Assembly: GCA_964585735.1 (NCBI GenBank)
Contig: CAZPFB010000012.1
Location: 1,937 to 65,936 of the forward strand
Reading direction: 5' to 3'
From: an uncultured Leptospiraceae bacterium
Lineage (GTDB): Bacteria > Spirochaetota > Leptospiria > Leptospirales > Leptonemataceae
DNA length: 64,000 bases
Position numbers and translations under genes: made by a program. Positions 55,166 through 63,649 of the stretch are shown here, piece by piece; within the stretch, counting starts at the first letter, position 1; the number at the start of each line of letters is the position of its first letter. A model generated the notes under the pieces. The model was not told the origin of the DNA. It saw only the letters and a program-made list of their open reading frames with translations, and made no database searches.

Positions 55166-56689
55166 TCATAGATCGAATCCGCAGTAGGAGAGGTTGAAAC
55201 TCTTGTTGCACAGGGGGAAATCCGAAATCTCTTCGTTGCGCATTGCCAGGGCCAGGCCCATCCAGTTGTGAAAGGATGGATCGACGATCTTGTAACGGGC
55301 GAATCGCCCCTTTTCATCCGTGAGGGCGACATGGCAGACTTCTCCCCGCCAGCCTTCCACGAGCGAAACGACCATAGACTGTGGCCGCAGGGCGGGGCGA
55401 CCTCCACCGACCTGTGGGGCGCCGGCGGGCAGCGAGCCCAGCCGTTCCCGAACGAACTGGATGGAACGCCTGATTTCCAGCCAGCGGACGAAGGCCCGTG
55501 AATGAACGTCGCCGTTCGGAGCAGTCGTGACGGGAATGCTCGCAAAGCGATACATGCCGAACGGATGGTCCATGCGCACGTCCCGCTCGAGGCCGGAAGC
55601 ACGCGCCGCGGGTCCGACGATCCCCGCCTCCATGCAGAGCTCGGCCGAAAGGACGCCCTTGTTTTCGAAGCGGGCCAGGATGGAAGGGGTGTTCCACAAG
55701 AGGGAAACGGCCTCGGTCACGTCCCGCTCCGCGGCGTCCAGGGAGGAAAGCACAGCCCGTACCTCCGACGCCGTCGGAAGGAAGCGTACGCCACCCGGCA
55801 CGATCAGGTCCCGACCGAAACGGCTGCCGCACAAAGCGGCCGTCATGTTGAGGAAGTCGCCGCGCAGGCGCCCGCAGAAAGAGAGTGTCGGAAGGTAGCC
55901 CACATCTCCGGCAAGCGCGCCCAGGTCGCCGGTGTGATTGGCCAACCGCTCCAGTTCCAGGGCAACCGCGCGGATGATCTGAGCGGCCGCCGATGGCTCC
56001 AGTCCGCTCTGGGCCTCTATGTTCTGGCAGTACGCAAGCGTGTGCGCCACGGTGGAATCGCCTGCGGCAGTTTCGATTTGCTTGCGCGTGATCGGGTGCG
56101 GACCTTCGAGGAGAGACGCTTCCACGCCGCGATACTGATAACCCAGAGATATTTCGAGGTGGAATACCTTTTCGCCGTGGCATTGAAAGCGAAAGTGTCC
56201 CGGCTCGATGACTCCTGCATGCACGGGCCCGACCGCCACTTCGTGAACCTCCTTGCCTTCCACCCGGTAGAAGTCCATTCGCCCGATGGCGCCCGGGTCC
56301 GAAACTTGGGCCGTTCCAAAGGCCGTAGCGAACCGCACGGGCTTGAGCCAAGGATGCCCGTGTGGTCGGACGCCGAACTGTTCGAACACCTCGCGCTCGA
56401 AGAGATGCAATTGCGGACACTCTGGGGTTAGGGCGGGAAAGGAGTCCCCCTGGATGCGGGTGCGCAGAGGATGGAGTCTGCCCTCGTAGTCGTCGGCAAA
56501 GATCAGGTGGAGGTCCAATCCGCCGGCCTCCGCGGAAGGCAGCGCGAACATGGCGGAAACACGTTTGCCTTCGCCGATGAGGCGCAGGGTCTGAATGCGC
56601 AGGGCTTCGTACGGCATATCCGGAACCAGATCGATCGGAAACGCACGACCGTTGAAAACCGTGGGAATTTCTGGAACGCCCTGATTCAT
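55166..56689 (-). CDS. HyfG/HycE/NuoCD-like large subunit lacking [NiFe] cysteine motifs
   Basis: NuoC-like N-domain plus VGPVHAGVIEPGHFRF and LGYQYRGVE blocks of group-4 large subunits. There is no CxxC anywhere in the protein (see finding). Confidence 0.85.
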   Translation of the reverse strand: MNQGVPEIPTVFNGRAFPIDLVPDMPYEALRIQTLRLIGEGKRVSAMFALPSAEAGGLDLHLIFADDYEGRLHPLRTRIQGDSFPALTPECPQLHLFEREVFEQFGVRPHGHPWLKPVRFATAFGTAQVSDPGAIGRMDFYRVEGKEVHEVAVGPVHAGVIEPGHFRFQCHGEKVFHLEISLGYQYRGVEASLLEGPHPITRKQIETAAGDSTVAHTLAYCQNIEAQSGLEPSAAAQIIRAVALELERLANHTGDLGALAGDVGYLPTLSFCGRLRGDFLNMTAALCGSRFGRDLIVPGGVRFLPTASEVRAVLSSLDAAERDVTEAVSLLWNTPSILARFENKGVLSAELCMEAGIVGPAARASGLERDVRMDHPFGMYRFASIPVTTAPNGDVHSRAFVRWLEIRRSIQFVRERLGSLPAGAPQVGGGRPALRPQSMVVSLVEGWRGEVCHVALTDEKGRFARYKIVDPSFHNWMGLALAMRNEEISDFPLCNKSFNLSYCGFDL

Positions 56690-58128
56690 AAAGGCTTCTC
56701 GAAATACGCGCGCGCCTGCTCCAGGACATCCCGCAGCGGTCCCGGAATGTACAGACCGAGCAAAAGCACGATCACAAGCAAAAGGCCGGCCGGTATCACG
56801 GTGAAGGGCGTGTCCTGGAAGCCTGTCGTTTGCATCGGTCGCTCGGGGGTCCCCTGGACGACGCGCAGTACGGTCTGACCCATCCCGATAAACACGACAA
56901 ACAGCAGCCCCAGGATGGAAGCGGAGAGCGCGTACTGCCCGTCGCCCACGGCGCCGCGCAGTATCGTGAACTCGCTGATGAAGACGCCGAATGGTGGCGA
57001 ACCCGTGATGGCGATGAACCCTCCGAGGAAGAGGGCCGCAGACCAGGGGACCCGGCGCAGGGCTCCGGTCACCTGGTCGGTGTGTTTGCTGCCGAAAGCG
57101 CGGTGGATGTTAGCTGCCGAAAGGAACAGCACGCCTTTGGTGAGCGCGTTGGTGATGACGTGCAGAAATGTCCCGAAGAGGGCGATTCCGCCGATGGCCA
57201 CTCCCAATACCAGCACGCCCATGTGCTCGACGCTCGAGTAGGCAAGCATCCGTTTGAAGTCCTTCTGCTGGGCCATGAAAACAGCCGCAAAAAGCATGGA
57301 CACCAAACCGGAAACGATCAGGACCTCGCGCACAAAATCAGCCTGACCGGCCGCGCGCAGGATCATCGCGAAGCGCAGAAGCGCCACGAAAGCGCAACCC
57401 GTCACGCCGCCCGCAAGCATGGCGCCCACGATCCCGGGGGCTTCGCCGTACGCATCCGGCTTCCAGGTGTGCATGGGTGCAAGCCCCATCTTGGTGCCGT
57501 AGCCCACGAACACCATGGCAAACGCCGCCAGAAGCCACGGCCGCGAAAACCCTGACGCGTGCAGCAGCATATCTTCGAACAGGAGTGAAGTCACGTGCCC
57601 GCCCTGAAGGGAGGCATACGCCATGAAGAATGTGCCCAGAAGCGCCAGGGCGATTCCGACCGAACAGACCAGCAGGTACTTCCATGTGGCCTCGATGGAC
57701 CGGGCGGTCTGGTTGAAGTAGAGCAGGGGGCCGGATGCGAGCGATGTGGCTTCCATGGCCACCCACATGAGTCCCAATTGATGTGAGCAGAGGACGAGCA
57801 GGGCGCTTGCATCCATTAAGAGAAAGCACGCGACGAAGACTCGATTGGGGCGACCGGCGCGCAGAAGCAGGTAGCCCGGCGCGTAAAGCGTGCAGCAGAA
57901 GAACAGACCGCACAGCGCAAGCAGCACCACGCGGGCCACGGGGTCGAGCACGAACCATCCAATGGACGGCGCCGGTTCTGTGAACACCAACCACAGCGAG
58001 AGCGCCATTTCGACCGTCCCCACCACGGGCAGCACAAATGGTCGAACACGGTTCGAGGGGATCAGGAGCGCAACAAGGGCCCCCGCCACGGGTATTGTCG
58101 GCAGAAGGATCAGCAGGTAGTCGTTCAT
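56686..58128 (-). CDS. hyfF: antiporter-like subunit (HyfF/NuoN-M type)
   Basis: About 14 TM helices with conserved WVAMEATSL, GYGTKMGLAPMHTWKPDAY and AYSSVEHMG blocks. ATGA overlaps at both ends. Confidence 0.85.
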   Translation of the reverse strand: MNDYLLILLPTIPVAGALVALLIPSNRVRPFVLPVVGTVEMALSLWLVFTEPAPSIGWFVLDPVARVVLLALCGLFFCCTLYAPGYLLLRAGRPNRVFVACFLLMDASALLVLCSHQLGLMWVAMEATSLASGPLLYFNQTARSIEATWKYLLVCSVGIALALLGTFFMAYASLQGGHVTSLLFEDMLLHASGFSRPWLLAAFAMVFVGYGTKMGLAPMHTWKPDAYGEAPGIVGAMLAGGVTGCAFVALLRFAMILRAAGQADFVREVLIVSGLVSMLFAAVFMAQQKDFKRMLAYSSVEHMGVLVLGVAIGGIALFGTFLHVITNALTKGVLFLSAANIHRAFGSKHTDQVTGALRRVPWSAALFLGGFIAITGSPPFGVFISEFTILRGAVGDGQYALSASILGLLFVVFIGMGQTVLRVVQGTPERPMQTTGFQDTPFTVIPAGLLLVIVLLLGLYIPGPLRDVLEQARAYFEKPL

Positions 58129-58769
58129 TCTTTCAGCGTTGTCAGGTGCTTCGTGTCCAGGGAAGAGAATGCACGTCGAATGTGATTGAGGATGATGCCC
58201 ATTGCGAAGACGGCCACGAAGAGGTCCAGCAGGCCGCCCATCTCCACCAGGAGCGGTAGGGCATCGATGAGCAGCAGGCCGAACAATAGAATCCCGTTCT
58301 CCAGGACCAGGTAGCCCACAACCTGCGTGATGGCCTTCAGCCTGGTCGTCAGGATCAGAAACCCGGTCAGGATCGTAGAGAAAGAGGCCGGCATGATGAA
58401 GCGGCGCGCCGGTTCTCCGGAGTCGCCGAGCGAGGCGGCAAAGAGCACGGCAAGTCCGGTACCGACGCCCCCCAGCAGCAGCGAAGGCACGAATCCTACA
58501 AACGGTTCCACTTCGCGTCGAATCTGGACTTCTTTGATGGCCCGAAAGAGCAGAATGGGAATCCCGAAGCCCTTGATGAGGATCGCAAGCGTGCCGACCA
58601 CGAGGTGGCCCAGGTGTATTTCGCTCGCTCCGATGATGGACAAAGTGCCCAAAAGCGCACCCTGGGCTGCCGCAGCGCGGATGATTGTACCGATCCGGCT
58701 GACGCCAAGCATCAGGAAGTTCAAAAGAACCATGACAACCAGCAGCGTATCGATGAGCCCGTCCACCAT
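58125..58769 (-). CDS. hyfE: HyfE-like small membrane subunit
   Basis: 214-aa polytopic protein at the HyfE position. The C-terminal GYLVLENGILLFGLLL block resembles NuoK. Start at ATG 58769, behind AAGGAA. Confidence 0.7.
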   Translation of the reverse strand: MVDGLIDTLLVVMVLLNFLMLGVSRIGTIIRAAAAQGALLGTLSIIGASEIHLGHLVVGTLAILIKGFGIPILLFRAIKEVQIRREVEPFVGFVPSLLLGGVGTGLAVLFAASLGDSGEPARRFIMPASFSTILTGFLILTTRLKAITQVVGYLVLENGILLFGLLLIDALPLLVEMGGLLDLFVAVFAMGIILNHIRRAFSSLDTKHLTTLKE

Positions 58770-58776
58770 AGGTTCC

Positions 58777-59673
58777 TTACCGGAGCAGCAGCACGAACCC
58801 AAACAATGTCAGGAGCGTAGCCGAGATGATCAGCTTGGGCACGTTGTTGAGTCGCAGTCGGGCGATGCTGGATTCCACAACACCCACCGCCACACCAACA
58901 CAGGCAACACCCCCGAGGAGCACGCCGAATCGCGCGTACCCCCACTCGGGTGGAAAAGGTACGATCACCTGAACGACCAGCGCCGACATCAAGAACAGCT
59001 TGATCGAAGAAGCATACTCGATGAGCCCGAGCAGCGGTCCGCTGTGATCGAGGACCATGACTTCGTGCACCATGGTCAGCTCCAGGTGCGTGTTCGGATC
59101 GTCGAAGGGGATCCTGGAGTTTTCGGCCAGCAGGATGATGAACCAGCTCACGGAAAGCAGAAGGAGCGCCCCCACTGTGCCCTCCGGTGCGGCCGTGCGC
59201 ACGAGCATCTCGGAGAGGCTGAGGGAGCCTGAGATCTTGGCCAGGAGTACTGCCCCGGCAAAGAATGCGGGTTCCACGAGCGCTGCAAACGTCACCTCCC
59301 GCGAAGCCCCCATCCCTTCGAAGGGCGAACCCGTGTCCATGGCCGCTGCGGCCACGAAGAATCTGCCTGCTGCCAGCAGGTAGGCGGCCAGAATGAAGTC
59401 TCCTGTAAAGCGGACGGGCGCGGGGGCGGACAACGGTATCAACAATCCGGCCGCACAAACGGTCGTGAGAGACACCGCCGGACCGGCGTGAAAAACCCAG
59501 GTGGTTGCCGAGCTGATCACCGTGTCCTTCCGGAAGAGCCGCAACAGGTCGTAGTAGAGCTGAAGCAGCGGAGGACCCTGTCTGCCGGCAAATACGGCCT
59601 TGGTCCTGTTGATGATTCCGGTCAGCAGCGGCGGCAGCGCAAGCAGAAGCGCAACGTGCAGGGCGACGTCCAT
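58777..59673 (-). CDS. hyfC: NuoH/HycD/HyfC-like membrane subunit
   Basis: LLTGIINRTKAVFAGRQGPPLLQLYYDLLRLFRK and PFDDPNTHLELTMVHE motifs. ATG 59673 overlaps the upstream stop (TGATG). The listed ORF 58777..60834 is an alternate-frame extension. Confidence 0.85.
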   Translation of the reverse strand: MDVALHVALLLALPPLLTGIINRTKAVFAGRQGPPLLQLYYDLLRLFRKDTVISSATTWVFHAGPAVSLTTVCAAGLLIPLSAPAPVRFTGDFILAAYLLAAGRFFVAAAAMDTGSPFEGMGASREVTFAALVEPAFFAGAVLLAKISGSLSLSEMLVRTAAPEGTVGALLLLSVSWFIILLAENSRIPFDDPNTHLELTMVHEVMVLDHSGPLLGLIEYASSIKLFLMSALVVQVIVPFPPEWGYARFGVLLGGVACVGVAVGVVESSIARLRLNNVPKLIISATLLTLFGFVLLLR

Positions 59674-61649
59674 CAACTCCACCTCCACAGCAGCAGAAGC
59701 AGCATGGCCAGGAAGACGTAGAGAATGTAGAGCTGCACCTGCCCCGCCTGCAGAATGCGCAGGCGCGCAATCCATCGCGAGCCAAACCGAAAGGCAGGCA
59801 ACACTGCTGCGTCCAAAACGATGTCCAGAGCGTGCGACTCGAATGTGCTTTGCTTCGCAAGAAGGCCGCGTGGTTCCGTGACCGCGTCGCGCACCAGAAG
59901 CAGCGGACGGAAGTAGCCCACCAGGCCCGCACCAAATGACGAGGCCGTGTACTGCATGGAGGGACAGGTTTCGACGAAACCGCAGTCCCAGGTGGGCGCC
60001 CGCATCGCTGACCTGCTGCGCAAAGCAAGGTGCAGGACGCCGCCGCCGACGATCACCGCAATCGGGATGCCCACCCAGCTCAGCCACTCCAGTTGAGCAA
60101 GTCGTGCGATTCCCGGGTGGCCCGACGGCCACCACGGGAAGACGGACCCCGCACTTTCGAGAATGGGTGCGCAGAGGATGGGGACCAATCCGATGCAGAC
60201 ACAGAGCGCCCCGAGAAAGAGCATGGAGCCGGTCATGGTGCCCGGGGCTTCGGTCGCCCCCTCGGCGGCAGCCGACCGTGCTGTCCCGAGGAAGACGGTT
60301 CCAAACACCTTCACGAAGCAGGCGAGGGCCAGCGCCCCCATGAAAGCCAGGCCCGCCACCGACAGAAGGCCCAGCACCCCGGCCGGCGGGTGCGGCAGTT
60401 GAGCCATGCGCACCAGCCCCAGGTAGATGAACATTTCGCTCACGAAACCGTTGAGCAGCGGCAGGCCGCAGATTGCGTAGGCGCCGCACAGAAAGGACAA
60501 CGAGGTCAGCGGCATTCGGCGCGCCAGGCCGCCCTGCGTGTCCAGGTCGCGGCTGCCTGTGGCGCGCACGACCGCCCCCGAGGTCAGAAACAGAAGGGAT
60601 TTGAAGAGTCCATGGTTCCAGACGTGGAGGAGCGCGCCTCCCATGCCCAGGACGATGAGAGTCGGTTGTTCGAGGGCGGCCCCGGCAACACCCACGCCAA
60701 TACCGGTGAAGATGATCCCGATGTTTTCGATGCTGTGATAGGCCAACAGGCGCTTGAGATCGTGCTGGCCGATTGCATAGACGACGCCGATGATCCCGGA
60801 TGCGATCCCGAGGATGATGAGCACGGCCGCCCACTCAATTGTCGGTCGGGGGCAGACCGAGAGAACACGCAGAATGCCGTAGACTCCCATCTTGATGAGA
60901 ACGCCGGAGAGCACCGCGGAGACATGCGCGGGCGCGCTGGCGTGGGCGGAGGGCAGCCACATGTGCAGCGGAAAGATTCCGGCCTTGAGTCCGAAGGCCA
61001 CCACGGCGAGCGCGAAGAGGACCGCGGTGTGGCCCGCGTTCTCGTCCAGCATCGAAAAGGCAAAACCGCCGGTTGTGTTGGCGTACAGGGCAAAGAGAGC
61101 AAACAAAGACAGCGTGCAGGCGTGAGCTGCAACGAAATACAGCCAACCGGCGCGGCGCACCTGGGCGTCCTCGTCCTCGGTCGTGACCAGGAAGAAGGCG
61201 GAAAGCGTCATGATCTCCCAACCGATCAGGAACACCAGGGCGTGGCGCGCCAGCACGACGAGCCCCATCCCGGCCACCAGCCAACCATAAACAAACTCAA
61301 GTTTTCCCGCGCCGTGTGGCTGTTCGTCGGCCGGCCGGTAACGCAGTCCGAACAGCGCGCTCGTGGTTGGAACGACGAAGATCGGCACGAGGAAGAACGC
61401 CGAAAGTGCATCCGCCCGAAGATAGTCGGACAGCAAAGGCCCAAAACCGGCCCGACCGGCTCCGGCCGTTGTATGCGTTTCGACCAGCACGCAGACGGCC
61501 CCTGTGGCGCCCAGGACGCCGGCGCACGTCAGGAGCACGAGCGCCGCCCGCTGCCCGGCGCGGCCCGCGTGGGGGACCAGTACCCCGGGCGCCCCAGAAA
61601 GAGCGCTCAGGACCAGAGCAACGAGGAAGAGCAATCCCACCGCCGTCAT
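59673..61649 (-). CDS. hyfB: antiporter-like subunit, HyfB/NuoL type, copy 2
   Basis: About 16 TM helices with GWEIMTLSAFFLV, KAGIFPLHMWLPSAHASAP and LAYHSIENIG blocks. ATG 61649 overlaps the upstream stop (ATGA). Confidence 0.85.
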   Translation of the reverse strand: MTAVGLLFLVALVLSALSGAPGVLVPHAGRAGQRAALVLLTCAGVLGATGAVCVLVETHTTAGAGRAGFGPLLSDYLRADALSAFFLVPIFVVPTTSALFGLRYRPADEQPHGAGKLEFVYGWLVAGMGLVVLARHALVFLIGWEIMTLSAFFLVTTEDEDAQVRRAGWLYFVAAHACTLSLFALFALYANTTGGFAFSMLDENAGHTAVLFALAVVAFGLKAGIFPLHMWLPSAHASAPAHVSAVLSGVLIKMGVYGILRVLSVCPRPTIEWAAVLIILGIASGIIGVVYAIGQHDLKRLLAYHSIENIGIIFTGIGVGVAGAALEQPTLIVLGMGGALLHVWNHGLFKSLLFLTSGAVVRATGSRDLDTQGGLARRMPLTSLSFLCGAYAICGLPLLNGFVSEMFIYLGLVRMAQLPHPPAGVLGLLSVAGLAFMGALALACFVKVFGTVFLGTARSAAAEGATEAPGTMTGSMLFLGALCVCIGLVPILCAPILESAGSVFPWWPSGHPGIARLAQLEWLSWVGIPIAVIVGGGVLHLALRSRSAMRAPTWDCGFVETCPSMQYTASSFGAGLVGYFRPLLLVRDAVTEPRGLLAKQSTFESHALDIVLDAAVLPAFRFGSRWIARLRILQAGQVQLYILYVFLAMLLLLLWRWS

Positions 61650-63649
61650 CGAAGACCCTCGATGCGTGCCATGGCCCACACGGTCGTCAAGAGGAGCGCA
61701 AGCAGGATGTACAGCAGGTAGAACTGTACGACTCCGTGGTGGAGAACGCGGAGTCGGTAGAACCGGTTGGAGAGATTCTGCCAGAAGGGGACCAGAACCC
61801 GATCGAGGAGCGGTTCGCGGGCTTCAAATTGGACGGCCGCGGGTTGAGGAAAAACATCGGTCGTACTCGTGCCGGTGCGTTCCCGGCGGAGCGGGAAACG
61901 GCGCAGCAGTTGTGCGCTCGGGCCGACAAAAGACGAAGCCGTGTACTGCATTCGGGCCGGGGACGAATCGACGTAGCCGCAATCCCAGGTGCCCGCCCTG
62001 GGCGCGCGGGCGGACAGGCGGCGGACCGCCACGATGGACGCAAGCGCCAGAGGTCCAACTACGACGAGGAAGCGGGAAATTTCTCCAAATGAAACCAACG
62101 TGCCCAGCGAGGGGAGAGCGGCCGCAGAACCAGAGGTTCCGGCCAGAGCTCGGACGGCGGCGTCCAGCGCCGGCACAAGGAGGACCGGAACGAAACCGAC
62201 CAGCAAGATCAGGCCCGTGTTGAAGACGAGGGCGCCGTGAAGAAACGGAAAGCGGCCCGCGTGATGGTCCCCGGTCGAGCGCGGCCGACCCAGGAACATC
62301 ACGGCGTAGGCGCGCAGGAAGGAGATAAGGGCGAGTCCACCCGCGAGACACAGGCTCACGATCGCGAGGGTGCCGACCACGGCCGCCCATGGGGACTTTC
62401 CGAGGCCGAGTTCCAGGGCGCCCAGGTACAATGGGACTTCTCCCACAAAACCGTTGGCACCGGGCAGACCCACCAGCGCCCAGACCCCGGCCAGAAAACA
62501 CGCCCCAACGACGGGAAGCGTGCGGACCAGGCCGCCCATCCGATCCATGCTGCGTTCCTTGGTGGCGTGCATGACCGCGCCCGCGCCAAAAAAGAGCAGT
62601 GATTTGAAAACGGAATGGTTCAGCAGGTGGAAGAGGGCCCCGCCACCGCCGAGGGCCGTCAGCGTCGGGTTTTCCACGGCGCGCCCGAAGAGGAAGATCC
62701 CGGCGCCCACGGTAATGAGTCCCGCGTTCTCGATCGTACTGTAAGCAAGCAACCGCTTGATGTCGCTCTGCCAAAGGGACGCCACCACGCCGAAAAGTGC
62801 CGTGACCGAACCCAAACCGAGGAGAAGTCCGGCCCACCACAGTGGCGGGTGGGAAACGAGTGAGAATGTGCGCAGCAGTCCGTAGAAGCCCATCTTGACG
62901 AGTACCCCGGACATCAGAGCCGAAACATGTCCGGGCGCGGATGCATGCGCGCCCGGCAGCCAGAAGTGGAGCGGAAAGAGTCCGGCCTTCATTCCGAAAC
63001 CCACGAGGAGCAAACATAGGAGCAGGACTCCGTCGCTCCCGGAAAGGCCGTCCAGGTTTGTCCAGTTGAACGAGCCGCTGCGTTCGCCCATCCAGAGGAA
63101 TTGGAGGATCAGCGCCGCAGTGCCCGCGTGTGTCGAGACCAGATACACCCACGACGCCGAACGCACTTCCGGCTTTTCGTGTTCCGTGCCCACGAGGAAA
63201 AACGCCGCGACGGCCATCACCTCCCAGAACACCAGGAAGAGCACGCCGTTTCGAGCAACGAGGAGCCCGGCCATCGCGGCCGTCACCAGTCCGTAGAAGA
63301 AGCGCAGCGCACGCCCATTGCCGCGGCGCTCGGATTGCGGCCAGTAGTCCAACCCGTAGAGTGCGCCCACCGCAGAAACAATGTACACCGGGATCAGGAA
63401 GAGCGCCGACAGCGCGTCCAGACCAACGAGGAATCTGGCGTCCGGCACGAACCATACGTCCAATGCAAGGGTGCTCTGGCCGTGCGCGAAGGTGACGGCA
63501 ACTCCAATGAGACCGACCGCGGAGGCGAGCACCGAAAGTGCCGCCGAGAGCCTCTGTCCGTTGTTCGAATCCCGCGAAAAGGCAAGGCCCGGCAGACCGC
63601 TTGCGCCGGCGCAGCCGCACGAAAGTAATACCAGTTCGATCCCGGTCAC
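61646..63649 (-). CDS. hyfB: antiporter-like subunit, HyfB/NuoL type, copy 1
   Basis: FWEVMAVAAFFLV, KAGLFPLHFWLPGAHASAP and LAYSTIENAG. GTG 63649 overlaps the upstream stop (GTGA). Confidence 0.85.
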   Translation of the reverse strand: MTGIELVLLSCGCAGASGLPGLAFSRDSNNGQRLSAALSVLASAVGLIGVAVTFAHGQSTLALDVWFVPDARFLVGLDALSALFLIPVYIVSAVGALYGLDYWPQSERRGNGRALRFFYGLVTAAMAGLLVARNGVLFLVFWEVMAVAAFFLVGTEHEKPEVRSASWVYLVSTHAGTAALILQFLWMGERSGSFNWTNLDGLSGSDGVLLLCLLLVGFGMKAGLFPLHFWLPGAHASAPGHVSALMSGVLVKMGFYGLLRTFSLVSHPPLWWAGLLLGLGSVTALFGVVASLWQSDIKRLLAYSTIENAGLITVGAGIFLFGRAVENPTLTALGGGGALFHLLNHSVFKSLLFFGAGAVMHATKERSMDRMGGLVRTLPVVGACFLAGVWALVGLPGANGFVGEVPLYLGALELGLGKSPWAAVVGTLAIVSLCLAGGLALISFLRAYAVMFLGRPRSTGDHHAGRFPFLHGALVFNTGLILLVGFVPVLLVPALDAAVRALAGTSGSAAALPSLGTLVSFGEISRFLVVVGPLALASIVAVRRLSARAPRAGTWDCGYVDSSPARMQYTASSFVGPSAQLLRRFPLRRERTGTSTTDVFPQPAAVQFEAREPLLDRVLVPFWQNLSNRFYRLRVLHHGVVQFYLLYILLALLLTTVWAMARIEGLR

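Noticed and set aside
55314-56729. 471-aa minus-strand ORF in another frame of the large-subunit gene
   Set aside because: It is on the same strand but in an alternate frame. The frame 55166..56689 carries the conserved HycE/NuoD-type blocks, and this one is Arg/Gly/Pro-rich.
58777-60834. 685-aa ORF suggesting a giant HyfC
   Set aside because: Only the last 299 codons resemble NuoH/HycD. The upstream part is an alternate frame of the HyfB-like gene. The ATG at 59673 overlapping the HyfB-like stop is the sensible start.
61824-63620. 598-aa minus-strand ORF in another frame of the first HyfB-like gene
   Set aside because: It is an alternate frame of a gene with clear antiporter-subunit motifs. 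The product is Arg/Gly/Pro-rich and has no TM helices.
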